Program-made: the position numbers and the translations under genes
Origin: Dicyema japonicum
Taxonomy: Eukaryota > Animalia > Dicyemida
DNA length: 64,000 nucleotides
Assembly (NCBI GenBank): GCA_011109175.1
Contig: RDEW01000012.1
Span: 14,525 to 78,524, forward strand
Direction: 5' to 3'
In this document: piece after piece, positions 27,001 through 40,446 of the stretch
Layout of the letters: every line of letters begins with the position of its first letter
Position numbering within the stretch: the first letter of the stretch is position 1
The notes under the pieces: generated by a model
Seen by the model: only the letters and a program-made list of their open reading frames with translations
Databases searched by the model: none
Told to the model about the DNA's origin: nothing

Positions 27001-30000
27001 TTATATTTTTCATATAAATGAATTAATTCTACATCAGATGGAATATAAAAAATATTTCCAATTTTGTTTTCATTAACAAGAATAACATGATTTTCTCTCA
27101 TATATCTATTAGTAATTTTAATTTTAACCCAAACTTTTCATCCGTCTTTTCGGATAGATCTTCATTTGATCCAATTGTGAAATAGCCATTCCTAATATTA
27201 TCAGAATAACAATACTTTATAGCTATAAAATCTTCCAATAATTTATTAATTTTATCATAATATTTTTTATTACAGATTTTATTATTATTTCATTTATTCT
27301 ATTTTGTAATTGTTGACAATATTCGGAAATGAAATTTCTTTACTAAAATCAACTTGTAACCTTTTAATCTTTTTCATTTCATCAATGTTTTTTAATATTA
27401 TCCCCTTTTGTTTGAGATTTTTGTCAAATTCTTGAAGCATTTTATTCCTAATTGGCCTCTAATTTAATATTCGCTTAAAATACTTTTTCAAGTTGAATTG
27501 AAATAAATTCAGGATTCTGGTTGAAGACATTCGTCGAAGATAGTGAAGAGTTATTTGTAGAAGATGATTCTTTTAAATTTATAATTTCACTTTTAGAACT
27601 GTAGATATCATGAATCCCAGAAACTCTGTTAAAATAATGATTGCATAAAATACAAATTTTTTTTAATATTCATTTCATTAAATGATCTGATATGAGTTAA
27701 TGCTGCAAATAATAAATTACAATGAACAGTTTCTACTAATGCAACAGTCTTAAGATTTAGAATTTCATCCGTACTAATTATCTAAAATTATATACAAAAA
27801 TATACATTTTTAATACCATTAATATTTGTAAAATCGAAATTAACCATATGAATATTATCAATTTCTTCAATACAAAGACCAATTTTTTTTGGGATATATC
27901 TTTAATAAATAATAAATATTTAACTGGTCAATGTCATCCCTTTTAATATCAGAACAACAATCTATTTGAATATATCTCATATATAGATGATATTCGTCAA
28001 TTTTTTGTTCGTCCATGTATGATTTATACATCTTAATTCAAAATTAAATAAACTTTAGTTAAAACAAATTTCTCTTGAATTAATTTAATCATATTTTGTC
28101 TAACATTTATTAACTAATATGTTTATAAAATTATATAAACTTCTAAAAGGTTGCAGATAGATCGAACTATTTCCTTGGAACTACTTGCTTCAAAAAATAT
28201 TTCATCAACTAGATTTTTCACAAATGTCATATTATCAAGTAGTGAATTAAATATCTATTTTATACTTATATTTTAATACATTTGGTGATATTTCGGTGAT
28301 AGAATTTTCACATATAAGACATTCATTCCACGAAGATTTGATACCTTCTAGAATTGAAATTTGTTTTGACAGAAAAACTATTGAATCTTCATTATAATTT
28401 TTTTCTGATTCCTTTAAAATTAAAACCTTAAATGCTACTAGACGTAGTTCATCAACAGCGTCGATCAATTCCAGCAAAACTGAGAGACTTGATTGAAATT
28501 CGCAAAAATGAAAAGAACAAATCGATGGCCAAAAATAATTAAAATATTATTACTTTCCATAATTGATAGAAAATAAATCAGAATCAAAATTTATCGAATT
28601 AATTTGTATTCCGCAGTAAATAGAATAACCAAACATTTCTACAAGATTTCTATAGTCTTTAATCTGTTATCATTATTATAATAAAACTTGTTCAAATGAT
28701 AATGTCAATAATAATTGACTATATTCATTGTTAATCGATTCTTCAAGCTCATATACTCGTTTGAAATATGATTCATCTCCATTAAAACGTGGTCTTTCAT
28801 ATATTTTATTTATTATAATTTGATGAATTCTTGTAGTTTCTTCTTTATTAAGACAATTTAAAAGAATTTCAAAAAATATATTAACAATCTAAATATTATT
28901 TATTATTTTAACTTTTAATTTACTTTTTAAATAGTTATATTCACATTTCCAAACGTCAAATAAAATTTCAAATCTGTCAATCTTTTCATAATCTTCTGAC
29001 AAATTTTGATTATTCTTTTTAATAAATTAAATTATTACACTAATATCAGAATTTTTGCAAATATTAAATTTTTTTGTTAAATAATAAGATGATAGCTTTA
29101 TAAGACTTTTCTTAACGTTGCTAAAATACTCATTTTAATTACTCGAATTCATCAATTGAAGCTTCATAAACTACGTAATTTCCGTGGGAATCTAATGTAT
29201 GTAAAACTCCGTCATTTTCTAAATAAAAATCAAAATGGCTTTTAATATCTGAAAACTCCATAAAGTCCAACTCATTTAACCTTAAAATTATTTAATTATC
29301 ACATATAATCAAGTGGTGAGTCGTACAAATAATCAAAAGTCTCAATTTTGTGGTTATTAATTTCACGATTTAAAGTACTTATTATAAAATCAATGTTACC
29401 AGTTGCTATGCATATTATCATCAGTGTGAATAATACATGAATCTGAAATTGTAATTATTCTTTCAATTGACATAAAATAATTAATAATTCCAAGACACTA
29501 TGAAATTTATAAAGTATATACTTTTCTCTGTAATTTTTTAATTTCAATAAATCTAAGTAATTGATATGACAAAAACATTCCATAATTAGAGATTGTATCA
29601 AAATAATCATCACCGTTTGCTTAATTAATTTTAATAAAATACTCATTTCAGTTATTTTTTTGGTAGAATGTGATTCGGAAAGAAGATTAAGTAAATTCTC
29701 ATTTCGATCTTTGCTTTTTTAAACAAAATTTCAGTAACCTTTCTTTATTTGAATCATTATAAGTTCTATAAATCATTTGCCAAAATTCTCTATATTGAAT
29801 TGTTGAGTTAACATTTATTTTATTATATTTAGTAAAATCTTTGGCCATATGACAGTGACGTTTTAAAGCTTTTTTAACAAACTAAAAATTATAATTTTAA
29901 ACATACATCAATGTCAGTATGATCTATAAATAAACTAGCAATTTCTAGTGAATTATCACATTTTTTTATTTCATCTAGTTTCTCGGAAAATAAAAGAGTT

Positions 30001-31109
30001 TTATGACATTTTTGGGGGAAAATATTCAGATAATGTTTCCATGAAGAAATTTTAATCATTGTATTTTCTTGACAGCTTTTTAAATCCTTTAAATTTAAAT
30101 TTTAAAATTAACTTCTTTGATTGAATATAATTTAAAATTTTTAATTTTTTCCAAATTGACAAATTCATTTGTGAAGATTTGTTGTGTCCAAGTATATAGT
30201 TCAAGTTCATCTGCATTGTTTTTTATACTATTTATATTCAACGTATAATTGTATAACATTAATAGCTGCTTTAAATTATGAAAATTATCAGAATTTATAT
30301 CTTTAAAATATTTTTCCTCATTTTCACTTATGAATCATTAATAAAAATACTTATTTTGGGAGTCATAGTGCATTTCAACTGACTTTACTATCTAAAACTA
30401 ATTAATTTTATCACTTTTATTAAAAGTGAACATTTTCGATTCATAACATCTCTGTGAATTAAGTCACTTAAAATAATTTTTAAGTCTTCATTTGATAATA
30501 CATTTTCAAAATTCTCAACAGATGAATTTGTATATTTATTGATTCTTTCTTTATCTTTCTTAAACTCTTGTATTAATGTTCTACAATAAATATTTTAAAA
30601 TAACAACTCTGTAAGTAAACTAAATTGTTTATAAAATTTCCCTGTTAATCTAGAATTATTGCAAATACGTTTCCATCTCATTATAAGCAAATATTTACAA
30701 CGGGAAAGTTCATGGATATGAGAAATAAAAAACTATTAATTTTTTAAATAAATACATTTTTTAATAGATCTGAAACATACTCAGGGGAATGGCAAAAATT
30801 TTTGCTATTTTGAAAATCGCTGTCAAAGATTTTATCAATTCTGTCAAGCTTTTTAGAACAAAAAATCTAAAATATGTTGCTTTTATTTTTACTTTGAGTG
30901 TTCGTTGAAGAGATTGATGTATTTCATTTCTATAATAATTGATTGTTTTAGGATAGTCAATTGAACTAAATTTGATTCATTACAAAATACCTTGGATTTG
31001 AGTTAATGACAGATTCCAAATTTTCATTTAACAATATTTTTTCGAGATTTAGAATTTCATTATTTAGTTTTTTGTAATGTTTGTCTATTATTTCTTTACT
31101 TCTTTTCAT
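24085..31109 (-). CDS. CCDC162: CCDC162-like (DUF4549) large coiled-coil protein, multi-exon with miniature introns; 3' end approximate
   Basis: The spliced N-terminus (25-, 26- and 23-nt introns) reads ...NFCHSPEYVSDLLKNFFISHIHELSRCKYLLIMRWKRIC, matching the remembered DUF4549 motif (LLHQFFTDRI..L..CKHLHMLRWKRFC). ATG at 31109. The ~7 kb span fits a ~2000-aa protein. Confidence 0.72.
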
Positions 31110-31219
31110 GTTTCACCAATAATATTACTTAGCTACAATAATTTTAATTGATTATTTATTAATGATTAAATATTAATAAATATTTTAATTTAAAATAAAA
31201 ATAGACAAAGAGCTCTAGG

Positions 31220-31480
31220 GGATTCACTTACTCGTCAAAAAGGCTCACAAACCAAAGGCTTAATTAGAAAACCTCAGACCAGTTATACTGGTGAACACGC
31301 TTCGAAAAATGTGGCAAATATAATACTTCAAAGAATATAGAGTTGGTTAGACTTATATCAGTCTTATCATAGCGGGTTCCATAAGGACAGATCGACCTCG
31401 TATGTGGAGCCAAAAGTGGAGGTGTGCAATGGTCAAAAGTTAAGAGTAACGACGACCATTAATAAGATCTGGGATGACAA
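31220..31480 (+). mobile_element. Degenerate RTE RT fragment
   Basis: ENLRPVIL / ANIILQRI / SGFHKDRSTS-like motifs across frames. Confidence 0.55.
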
Positions 31481-32039
31481 GTTTTCATAAGTCAGTCTTG
31501 TTCTCTGAGAATATTTTGTTGATTTCAATAAGGAAAACAACTGTTCACTCTCATAAGTGAAACCGAACATTGCCATAATCCTCTTTATAACTTTCTGAAA
31601 TTTATAAACTTTTCAAAAAGATATTCCAGAAAACAGGTATTCCTACTTCGAGTCATTTAGCTCTAAGTCTAGAGTCAGGCTGCATTTCTAATAGTTATAT
31701 CTGCAAGTTTTCATTTTCAACTTTCCTTTTTTTATTAGCTGAAGATGTCATTCTAAATGAGGTCAGTTTGCGCAGTGCCTTTATAAAGACAATTAATATA
31801 ATAACCGATACGATTCCACAAAACTATTTTTTTAATTTGTTAAACTTATCGCAAATAAATGAAACAATTTTAGTATCAGTTACTGACGTAAGCGGCCAGT
31901 GCTTTGTCAAACACGTAGAAGCTCACACCTTATGGACAGTATCGTTGTTCTGGGAACGTTCGTATATAAGAGCAAGCGTAAAGTTAAGCATATGAACGTT
32001 TTCTGACCAGGTAGAACGCTATAAACCGAGGCCTGTCAA

Positions 32040-32270
32040 TTTGACGCCACTGACAGAAATCCATTACAATACATGTATCCACCCAAACATAAAACTATGA
32101 ATTGCCAGCTTCTTAAGTGGGAGACGTGGACAAGTGATTTGCAATAACATAAAGTCAAAATCCCGTCTCCTACCAAATGGAGTCCCTCATAGATCTCCAC
32201 AATCTCCAGCCCTTTTCAACCTGTACATCAATGACATTCCAAACCGCACAACGAAAATTGTCTTCTACTA
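32040..32270 (+). mobile_element. I-group LINE RT fragment
   Basis: LPNGVPHRSPQSPALFNLYINDIP. Confidence 0.75.
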
Positions 32271-32302
32271 TAAATGTATATTAAACAAAATTATTACGTT
32301 TA

Positions 32303-32488
32303 GCCGGCTGGCGTAGTGGTTAAGTGTCGGGCTTAAAAGTGACTTAGGTTACGGGTTCGATTCTATCTTCTGTTCACCTGGAGGAAGGTTCCACGCATCT
32401 ACGATGCCAAAAGGGTTTGACGAGTGACTCCGTCATCAGTGGATACTCACTGCGGAACTGGATTGTCTAGAAAGGACCCACACACAAG
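32303..32488 (+). mobile_element. tRNA-derived SINE, 3'-truncated copy
   Basis: A-box tggcgtagtgg and B-box ggttcgattc. About 185 bp closely match 37734-37917. Confidence 0.85.
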
Positions 32489-32489
32489 T

Positions 32490-33060
32490 GAACAGAAATA
32501 TTGTCAACCCATCCGGTCTTTTCCCGTCTCCGCAGGTCCAATCCCACGGGCTCCAGCACTGCCAGGAAACCTGCAGCTTCAATAGCAAGCATGACAATGT
32601 TGTTCATAGCAGCGTGGCGGAGTGATCTGCCTGCACTCCTTTTGCATGAAGCCCTTTGGCTTCGACGATCCCTCCACAACGACATTGGTGTTCGACGCAT
32701 ACATCAACTCCCAGGCGCTGTGCGATCCCAATCCGAATACAGTCATCGTTCAAAAGGGTCCCCAGAAAGGAATACGGGAGTGCATCTGCCACGCTCCGCT
32801 CCCATGGTTGGCTGCGGAACGAGGCATGCAAAACGATGCTGGTTGGCCTCAGACTTTAGCACGTCGAAGATATTTTTGGGGTAGATCTCATATCAGTCTT
32901 GTTGCCTCGAAAAATCGTTCGGCGTATCCAACCCAGTTTCACACCATTCGCGACGAGCTTCGTCGAAGACTTTTTCCAAAGAAAGTCCGGTTGGAAATCG
33001 TAGGATATCTTGGACCAATTGACTTCCACTTGAGAGCGACGACAGATATGCTGAAAGGGC
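32490..33060 (-). mobile_element. CRE family fragment (post-RT/RLE region)
   Basis: IRIGIAQRLGVDVCVEHQCRCGG, LEPVGLD; homologous to 49.3-50.5 kb. Confidence 0.85.
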
Positions 33061-34400
33061 GATAATGTCCAATGACAATTAATTACAGCCTTGCGAACTG
33101 GAGAGGATCCAAGGATTACGTCGATAATTGCATAGGACTCCTATTTCCGTCAAACAACTATTGAAATGGTTCAACTCCACTTGCGAAAAAAAAGTAAATT
33201 CCAATGGGGAGGCAACCTACGTCATCAAAATGTTTCAAAACAAAGACGAAACATTTGATCAGAGAATGAAATAATCCAAAGATGGTAAAATCGCCAACAG
33301 AAAAGAACATCAGGAAAATATCTCGTATTTCTCCGAGCAGAGAGATCGACAATGACATAAAGGCAGAAAATGCAAATAGATGAACGAGACTATCAAAGGC
33401 TCTCTGCAAGAACCCTTTATGAATAGAGTCTGGAATTGGATCAAGAATATCAAAAGATCTTCCCCAGAGGAAGAATTCGAAGTCTACATAATTCCAGACA
33501 CTCTGATAAAATATTGTATGTCTATTACCTACAAGAAGTTTTTAAAAAAATACCTGGTATTCCTGAAAAAGATTGAACCGAAACGTTCAGCTGACTGGAT
33601 CCTATTTATTACATGTGAACTGACTCACCTAGGCCATCGATCCCTGGAACTATTAGCCTATATATTCAACCTATCCATTAACACGAATACAATCCGTGAA
33701 ATATTAAAGAAGTCTCTTATCAAACCTATTCGAAAACCTAACCAATAAATGAATCATCTTCCTATCGCCCAATATCTATTCTGAGTCTGGTCTCAAGGAT
33801 CTTTGAAAGACTTGTTCTGGAAAAAGTACAAGACTCAAACTCAATACCTTCGACTCAGCACGGATTCCGGGGTAACATTCGACCACAACCCTCAAACAAT
33901 TCATTGCGGAAGGATTTAACTCCTCAAACCCCATCAGAGGACAGTACCTATATCCGTGGAAATCAAAAAAGCGTTCGACTCAGTCCCTAGAAAACTCCTT
34001 ACAAAGAAGATATTTAAACCAACATCATCCGAACTTGAAAATTTGGCTTAGAAAATTCTTAAATGGAAGACTCTTCAATAACATCAAATCAAAATCTCGC
34101 TACTTTCCAAATGGAGTCTCTCAAGGCTCCCCACTGTCACCCCAACTATTCAATCTTTACATAAACGAAAAGCCACAAACCTGTAATGAGAGCTGTCTAA
34201 TCCTCTCCTACGCTGACGATATCATTCTTGCCTCCAAGGACACAAGCATTCAATCAGCGATTCAGTCCGCTCAATAAATGCTTGACAAGCTGGAACTATG
34301 GCTCTCAAAGCTGAGAATCGACACATCAGTAACAAAGTCCTATGTCATGCGTTTACCACTTACTCTCAAAAACATTTAGAGACTAAATTGAGACCCTTAC
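33060..34400 (+). mobile_element. Degenerate I-group LINE (RT region)
   Basis: SSYRPISIL, KAFDSV, NGVSQGSPLSPQLFNLYINE, SYADD. Confidence 0.8.
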
Positions 34401-34489
34401 CACGATTTATGAACAATTTATTTTACTCACAATGAGCATCCTATTTTTCCACATAATTTTCACCTCACGCCTCCTTTAGTTCTACTTTA

Positions 34490-36880
34490 ATTATTATTAT
34501 TATAACCCCGGGAACACAAGAAAGAGGAAAAAGTTATCGTCTAATTAAGTGATCCCAGTTAGTGCGTCGTCCTCCGTTGCTTCGATTTTGCCTGCAATTT
34601 TTTATGATCGTCCAAAAGGGGAAAGATTTGGTCTCAAATATGCGAGAATACTTCTGGTAGAGAAGAAACTCATCTTCAAGGGGTTACCAGAAGATCGCAC
34701 CATTTTCAAGAATTTTTGTTGTTCGTCACCGAGATGTTCCATAACTTTTTAGAGATCTAATGTGTTCCTCATTTCTGACGTAGGCGTCATTCTGTCACAT
34801 TTAAGAAGGATCCGGAGGCATTGGTTTTGTATGACCTCTAATTTGTTCTGCGGACAAGGGTGTAATCCACGCCGTACATGCATGTTCTATTGTCGGTAGA
34901 ATATACTGTTTGTATAATTATTTGAAATGAGAAAGTGAAAATATTGGAGATCTAGCAAAGGTCTTGAAGATCCCCATCTTTTTTTGAACTCTTGAAATTA
35001 TTGTGTCCACATGAAGTGTGAACGTCATCAGCGGGTCATATGTAACTCCAAGGATTGATGGGTTCTTATTAACTGAAAAACCTCTCCATTCCAAGTTAAT
35101 TTAGGATCGAAAGATGTATGTTTCCTGTAGGAGGAGATAATCGCAGTGCTCGACTTCCCAGGGGATATTTTCATGTGGTTTTTGAGGAACCATGGATTCA
35201 TAATGCCGAGGGTCTCCTGAACCTTTCGTGCAGCTTCTTTATGGTCTTTGTGTCATGCTGCGACAATGAGATCGTCGGCATAAGACAGAAGGATGGTATT
35301 TTGGATGTTTGGATTTGGAAGGTCTCTTGTAAATAACTTGAACAAGGTTGGTGATAAAGGGGATCCTTGAGGGACCCGTTGGGGAGGTATCGTTGTCTTG
35401 ATTTTCTATTATTCATGACAACTTGGTCTCTTCTATCATTAATGAAATTGGATTTTCGGATGGAGATCAGTGTCAAAAATTTTTATTGTTAGAGTTTTCC
35501 TCGGTACTGAATCAAACACCTTCTCGATTTCCAGAGCGACAAGTACCGTACTTTTATGTGCTTTTGAGTAGTTCAGTCCATCCGAAATGAACTGAGTTAG
35601 TATTGTTAGATGTATTGAAGTTGAGTATCCCGATCTGAAGCCATATTGGAAACTTGCAAGATCAGGCAAATGAGTAAACTTGTAGAGGATTAATTTTTCA
35701 ATGTTCTTGAAAGGCCACAAAGAATCGATATTGGACGATTACTCCGAGGGTCGTCTAAGGCTTTGTTCTTTTTAGGTATTGGATGTATAAGTGATTTTTT
35801 CCATAATGAGGGAATCTCATTTCTAATCACTGAGTAATTGAAAATCTCAGTAAAGGCATCGATTGCTATTGGCCTCAAGTGTTTCAATTTAGTTATTGAA
35901 ATGTCATCCGCTCCTTTGGATTTTGTATTTTTCATGTATTTAATTGCATGAAATACCTCCAGTCGTTTGACATATTCGACGTATGGATATTTTTTCTTGT
36001 GTTTCCAGTTTAAATATGGTTTGTCGCTTAAACTGACATAAATTTTCATAAGTGTGTTAGGATTAATTCCTGGTGTATGTTGTATGGGAATCTTTTTTAA
36101 GTTTCCGTAGTGTTCTCCATAAGGATGATATCTTTGTGTGTCTGTTTACAGACATCAAAGCAGCCTCCCATTTTTTTGTTTCTATTTCTGATCCTTTTGG
36201 TAATTTCCTTATTCAGATCTGTGTATACAGTATTCAAGGATGCTGTTTTATCTATAGTTTTTTTTAATTTATTTCTTCTTGCAATATGGATCCTTGTTTC
36301 AGTGTTGGAATAAACTTTTTTCGGGCTTGAAAAATCTTTTCATTAATAAATCCAACGGCCGCATCTATCGAGGAAAAATTCTCTATTCGGAAAGAGGATA
36401 GGGAGTCTTCAATAAAAATCATGTACTCAAGCCAATTCGCACGTGAGAAGTTGATGAAAGTATTGAGAGTTACACTAATCTTGTGTTTTTCCAGGATTTT
36501 CAATAGTATTGTGATCTGTGTGCGTAGATAACGTCCCAGTCTAAGCAATTGATGGGGCGGCAAGAGTCAGATCTGGTGAGGTTGGAGAGTCACCATATCT
36601 TGAAGGAGTTCTTTTTTGTTTATTCCTGTTGTTGAGGATTACCAAGTCGTCAATGTTGTCTAATATAATCCTCTTTGGTCCAATAGTTGATTTGTGTACC
36701 AAATTGTGCTCTTGGCGTTCATATATCCACAAATTATAACTTTTTCTAATCTTGTGAACTGTTCAAGATTAGGACAATAGCCTTTATAGCATGAAGAAAT
36801 ATACACATTTGCTATAGTCGTGAGTTGTTCTAATGGATCTTTAGTGTCCATAAAGCTTGATATGTAATTTGAAAGGTCCA
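34490..36880 (-). mobile_element. Degenerate I-group LINE (part of APE plus RT), (TAA)n tail at ~34490
   Basis: CGYMNAKS, SPDLTL, RANW, SKGADDIS, RPISIL, YGFRSGYST, EKVFDSV. Confidence 0.85.
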
Positions 36881-37007
36881 CAACATTAATCTGATTATGG
36901 ACTTTAATTAATAAAGGTCAAATACATGTTTAAAAATGTTATAATTGAAGAATTATAAATAATTAAAAATCCTTAGACTATTAAAATAAATAAAATGTTA
37001 AAATAAA

Positions 37008-37645
37008 TCATTTCCTTAATTCAGCAAGTCTGCTGGCTAATTCATCTTGATTGATATCATCATTTTTGTGAGATGAATCCATAACAAATTCCAAATCAAT
37101 ACTTAAATAAACATAATAAATAGACCCATTCTCTTCAGCCATTTGTTTCATAAGAGCATCAACTTCTCCTATAGGTGTTGTAGAAGTAGATGAAATAGAA
37201 GAATCCATCACAGATGTCTGGACGTCCAGATTATCAAACTGTTTCTCGAATCTGTCCATCAATAATGTTATCCGTTTCCAAATCCATTTTATCAAAGCAG
37301 CCTCCATTGACTTGGTCACATTCGATATGTTTGATGTTAGCTTTCCGGTAATTATCGCTGAATTTACACGTCCAGCGACTGCATTAACACGTGCACTCAT
37401 TCTTCGACAGGTCAAAGTCTGATTTTTATGTCGGATGCAGTTCTCACCATATATTTTTGCAAATTCTACCTGTCCTTTCATCAATGCCTATATAATTTTT
37501 ATAAATGACCTTCTTTAATTTAATTCTTTCATTTGCTTCTTCTTTCTCGCATTTCTGAGCACTCTTCTCTAATGATTTGGCAATAAACTTTAGATTCCAC
37601 AGTGATTCTACAAAAATATATTAAACAGACAAGCTAACTCTCCAT
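37008..37645 (-). CDS. CHMP1: ESCRT-III subunit CHMP1 (Did2/Vps46), 4 exons
   Basis: Splicing 31-, 22- and 24-nt introns gives MEKSLWNLKFIAKSLEKSAQKCEKEE...MDRFEKQFDNLDVQT...QDELASRLAELRK. Confidence 0.95.
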
Positions 37646-37733
37646 AATTAAATTTTAAATTTATAATTTTTATTTCTTTCTAAATTTAAAAGTTTAATTT
37701 TTTCCAATATCAAACTATTTACCAATACCCCTA

Positions 37734-38022
37734 GCCGGGTGGCATAGTGGTTAGGTGTCGGGCTAAAATGGGTTAGGTTACGTGTTCGATTCTCGCTGCT
37801 GTTTACCTGGTGGAAGGTTCCACGCATCTACGATGCCAAAAGGGTTTGACGAGTGACGCCGTCATTAGTGGATACTCACTGCGGAACTGGATTGTCTAGA
37901 AAGGACCCACACACAAGAAAATGAAAAAAGAAGTGAAGGTCATTCTTTGGTTCTACGAATAGTTAAAATTAACTGTTCTTTACTTAAATAAAGTGTCCTG
38001 CCTATGCGGAGCTTTATTATTA
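37734..38022 (+). mobile_element. tRNA-derived SINE, full length (289 bp), 15-bp TSD, (TTA)n tail
   Basis: A- and B-boxes present. TSD ttaccaataccccta at 37719-37733 and 38023-38037. Confidence 0.9.
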
Positions 38023-38046
38023 TTACCAATACCCCTAATTTATCGT

Positions 38047-40130
38047 GGCGTTATGTGGTCTACTAGTTCAAAAGGATTTGGAATTGCCCAGGGGCACCGA
38101 ATGCCCACCGAAAAAGGACCGATAGACTTCCTGGTGACATTCTCGCCCCGGGCGATGCATTTCGCAGAAGATCGAACCTTCCCTAGGAAATCCTCAGTAA
38201 ATCGAAGAGAAAAGCACTTTACTGCTCTCCAGCTAAACATAAATGAATTAAATGAAAATCAGAGAACTCCGCTCAAGCTGGCTTGTCAGAAGATCAACGT
38301 GGCGATGATTCAAGAGACCAAACTCTTTTATTAACCCTACCCTACATTCCCAGGATACAAAGCTATCAGGATGGACCGTAAAGAAAAAAGAGGTGGAGGT
38401 CTGTCACTCTATTCGAAAAGAACTTGAACTGCAGAGACAACTCCTCAAAAGTGAGGAAACTTGTTGGGGATGATGATGTACCGAAATAATTGGAATCTCG
38501 CTAGGATAATGGAAGGAAGACTATGCCTTGTGAATATCTACGTTCCGCCTTTTGGTTCTTGTCCGAGGAGCTATGTTATGCCAAATCTATCAAGACTGTT
38601 TTCTTTTGATGAGATCATCATCTTCGGAAATTTGATTGCGAAGCATCCCTTATGGGTGTTAATTCAACTTGCTGATATGAGAAGGAAACTATTATTGTCG
38701 CAAACGGACTCCCTAACGATAGTGAATGATCCATCGATAAATACAAGGACATTACTGAGAGACAAATAAACCTACCTCACCGGACGTAACACTCTGCTCA
38801 TCGTCGCTTTCATTAAAATTGATTGGTAATCGTCTACGATACAAGAAGTGACCATAATCCAATTGAGGGTGAAGAACAAAAGAGAGGCCAACGTTAGGAG
38901 AATTCCTACAATTACAAAGGTGCTAACTAGAAATTGTATCGCGAAATCTCAGAAGTAAAAATGAAGAATTGTTACTTGGATGCTTCAGTTCTATAAAGAA
39001 TGCAATCAGCTACTTTACCCAAATAATCTTGGAAGCAAGATCGAGGGCTATACTCAAACATTACTTAAATTCGTCGAGCGGTCGAGGGAAGACGACCTTT
39101 ATTAAAAAAAGAAATCAGCTTAAAAAATCTAATCGGATAACTTTGGATATGAAACTCCGGATCAGACTGAATAATGAAATAAAGGGAAAAGAGTGAAGTG
39201 GAAACGTGTGCTTACAATGTAAATAAAAATCGCACTACGTGAGAGGTGTAGAAAACAATTCGAAACTTGCAAAAATGCGATGAAATTTCAACAGATGAGG
39301 ATTATGTTCAAAGAGATGTGAGCAACTTGATAAAAATCTATACTAAAATTTCACACAACAAGCACATAAAGTCTGATACACTATCATCACTCAGGAAACT
39401 AAAGAGACTGTCAGAACCTCTCTTCTTTTCAGAGAGAGATGAGGATACAATATATTCCGCAAAACGACATACTCTCACGGACCAGACAACATTCCTGTAA
39501 TTTTAGTAAAAAATCTTGGAGACGAGGGAGTCACCTTCCTTACGTAGATTTTTAACTATTCTATTAATCAGAGTGTAATACCATTATTATGGAAACAGGC
39601 ATTAATACGGCCAATGCTGAAACCAGGACGAGCTATGTTCCATGTCAAAAATCCTGGAGAGGCTTGTGCCCGGGAAAATAAAAGAATTTTTCCCAGAGGC
39701 CTTTTCAACATGGATTCAAAGATGAGAGATCCACGTCTACATACTTACAAACATTGACCGACTTCATTCTAGCTGGATTCACAACCGAGCCGGGACACTT
39801 TAAAACAGTGCTCTGATCGATTGAAATACAGTTGACTCAGTCTTGAGGAAGATTCCATCGAGAAAAATATTTCAATAGGAGATCTCAAGAAATCTAAATC
39901 TTTGGATCACCAACTTCCTAAGTGGACGATGGGACGTGTTTGCTTAGAAGGTCTGAAATTAGTCTCACGTCTCATCCCCAACGTAGTTGTTCAAAGATCT
40001 CATTTATCCCCTGCTCCGTTTAACCTCTTTCCGGCTGATCTCCCGACTCTTGAATCTGATTTTTTGTGTGAGCTCGAGATTGATTGAGGCGTCGATCGAA
40101 CGGAAATCTTCTATCCGGAAACAGTGAAGG
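38047..40130 (+). mobile_element. I-group (Ingi/Vingi-like) single-ORF LINE, 5' end retained, degenerate
   Basis: About 110-nt leader, ATG at 38155 (MHFAEDR...HFTALQLNIN, AMIQETKL), GGGL, NIYVPP and SDHNPI motifs, then RT remnants. No ORF1 seen. Confidence 0.8.
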
Positions 40131-40206
40131 TTTGTTCAATAAACAGGATACAAACTTTTCATGAGAATTTGACAATAGTTTTTTGTGTATTAATTAACTT
40201 GAATTT

Positions 40207-40446
40207 TCAGAATGATTGCATTATGGTCGACACATATATAACATCCCAAGAAATAGCAAAAAAACGATAATGATGTAAGGAAGTCATCCCATCTGAACGG
40301 GATCCTTTTTTGCTTATTTGGATCATTAAGGATAATGATATGAGAGTATTCCGTTTAATCAGTTGTCGGTTATCGTTTAAATCGCTCCAGATTAGCATAT
40401 TTTCCATCCAAGTGAAGCCGATGAGATTGTGAAAGTAGAAGGGCAT
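40207..40446 (-). mobile_element. Possible Merlin/ISXO2-like transposase remnant
   Basis: RNTLI...KKGSRSDG loosely resembles the Merlin motif (TL..II...I.PGS.I.SD). Weak. Confidence 0.25.

Noticed and set aside
24085-31109. Non-standard genetic code to explain the many short ORFs
   Set aside because: Wherever traced, the stops fall inside miniature GT-AG introns and the standard code gives conserved protein.
32303-32375. Functional tRNA gene
   Set aside because: A/B boxes are present, but there is no acceptor or anticodon stem. The sequence continues into a shared body with tail and TSD, so it is a SINE head.
32400-32460. CTGATGA on the antisense strand of the SINE, suggesting a hammerhead ribozyme
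   Set aside because: The required GAAA is CAAA, stem II geometry does not fit, and the second copy has CTAATGA.
37262-37305. Frame-shifted patch in CHMP1 (IKWIWKRI instead of KMDLETI)
   Set aside because: One missing and one extra base in short runs restore the conserved sequence. Most likely compensating assembly errors; needs reads.
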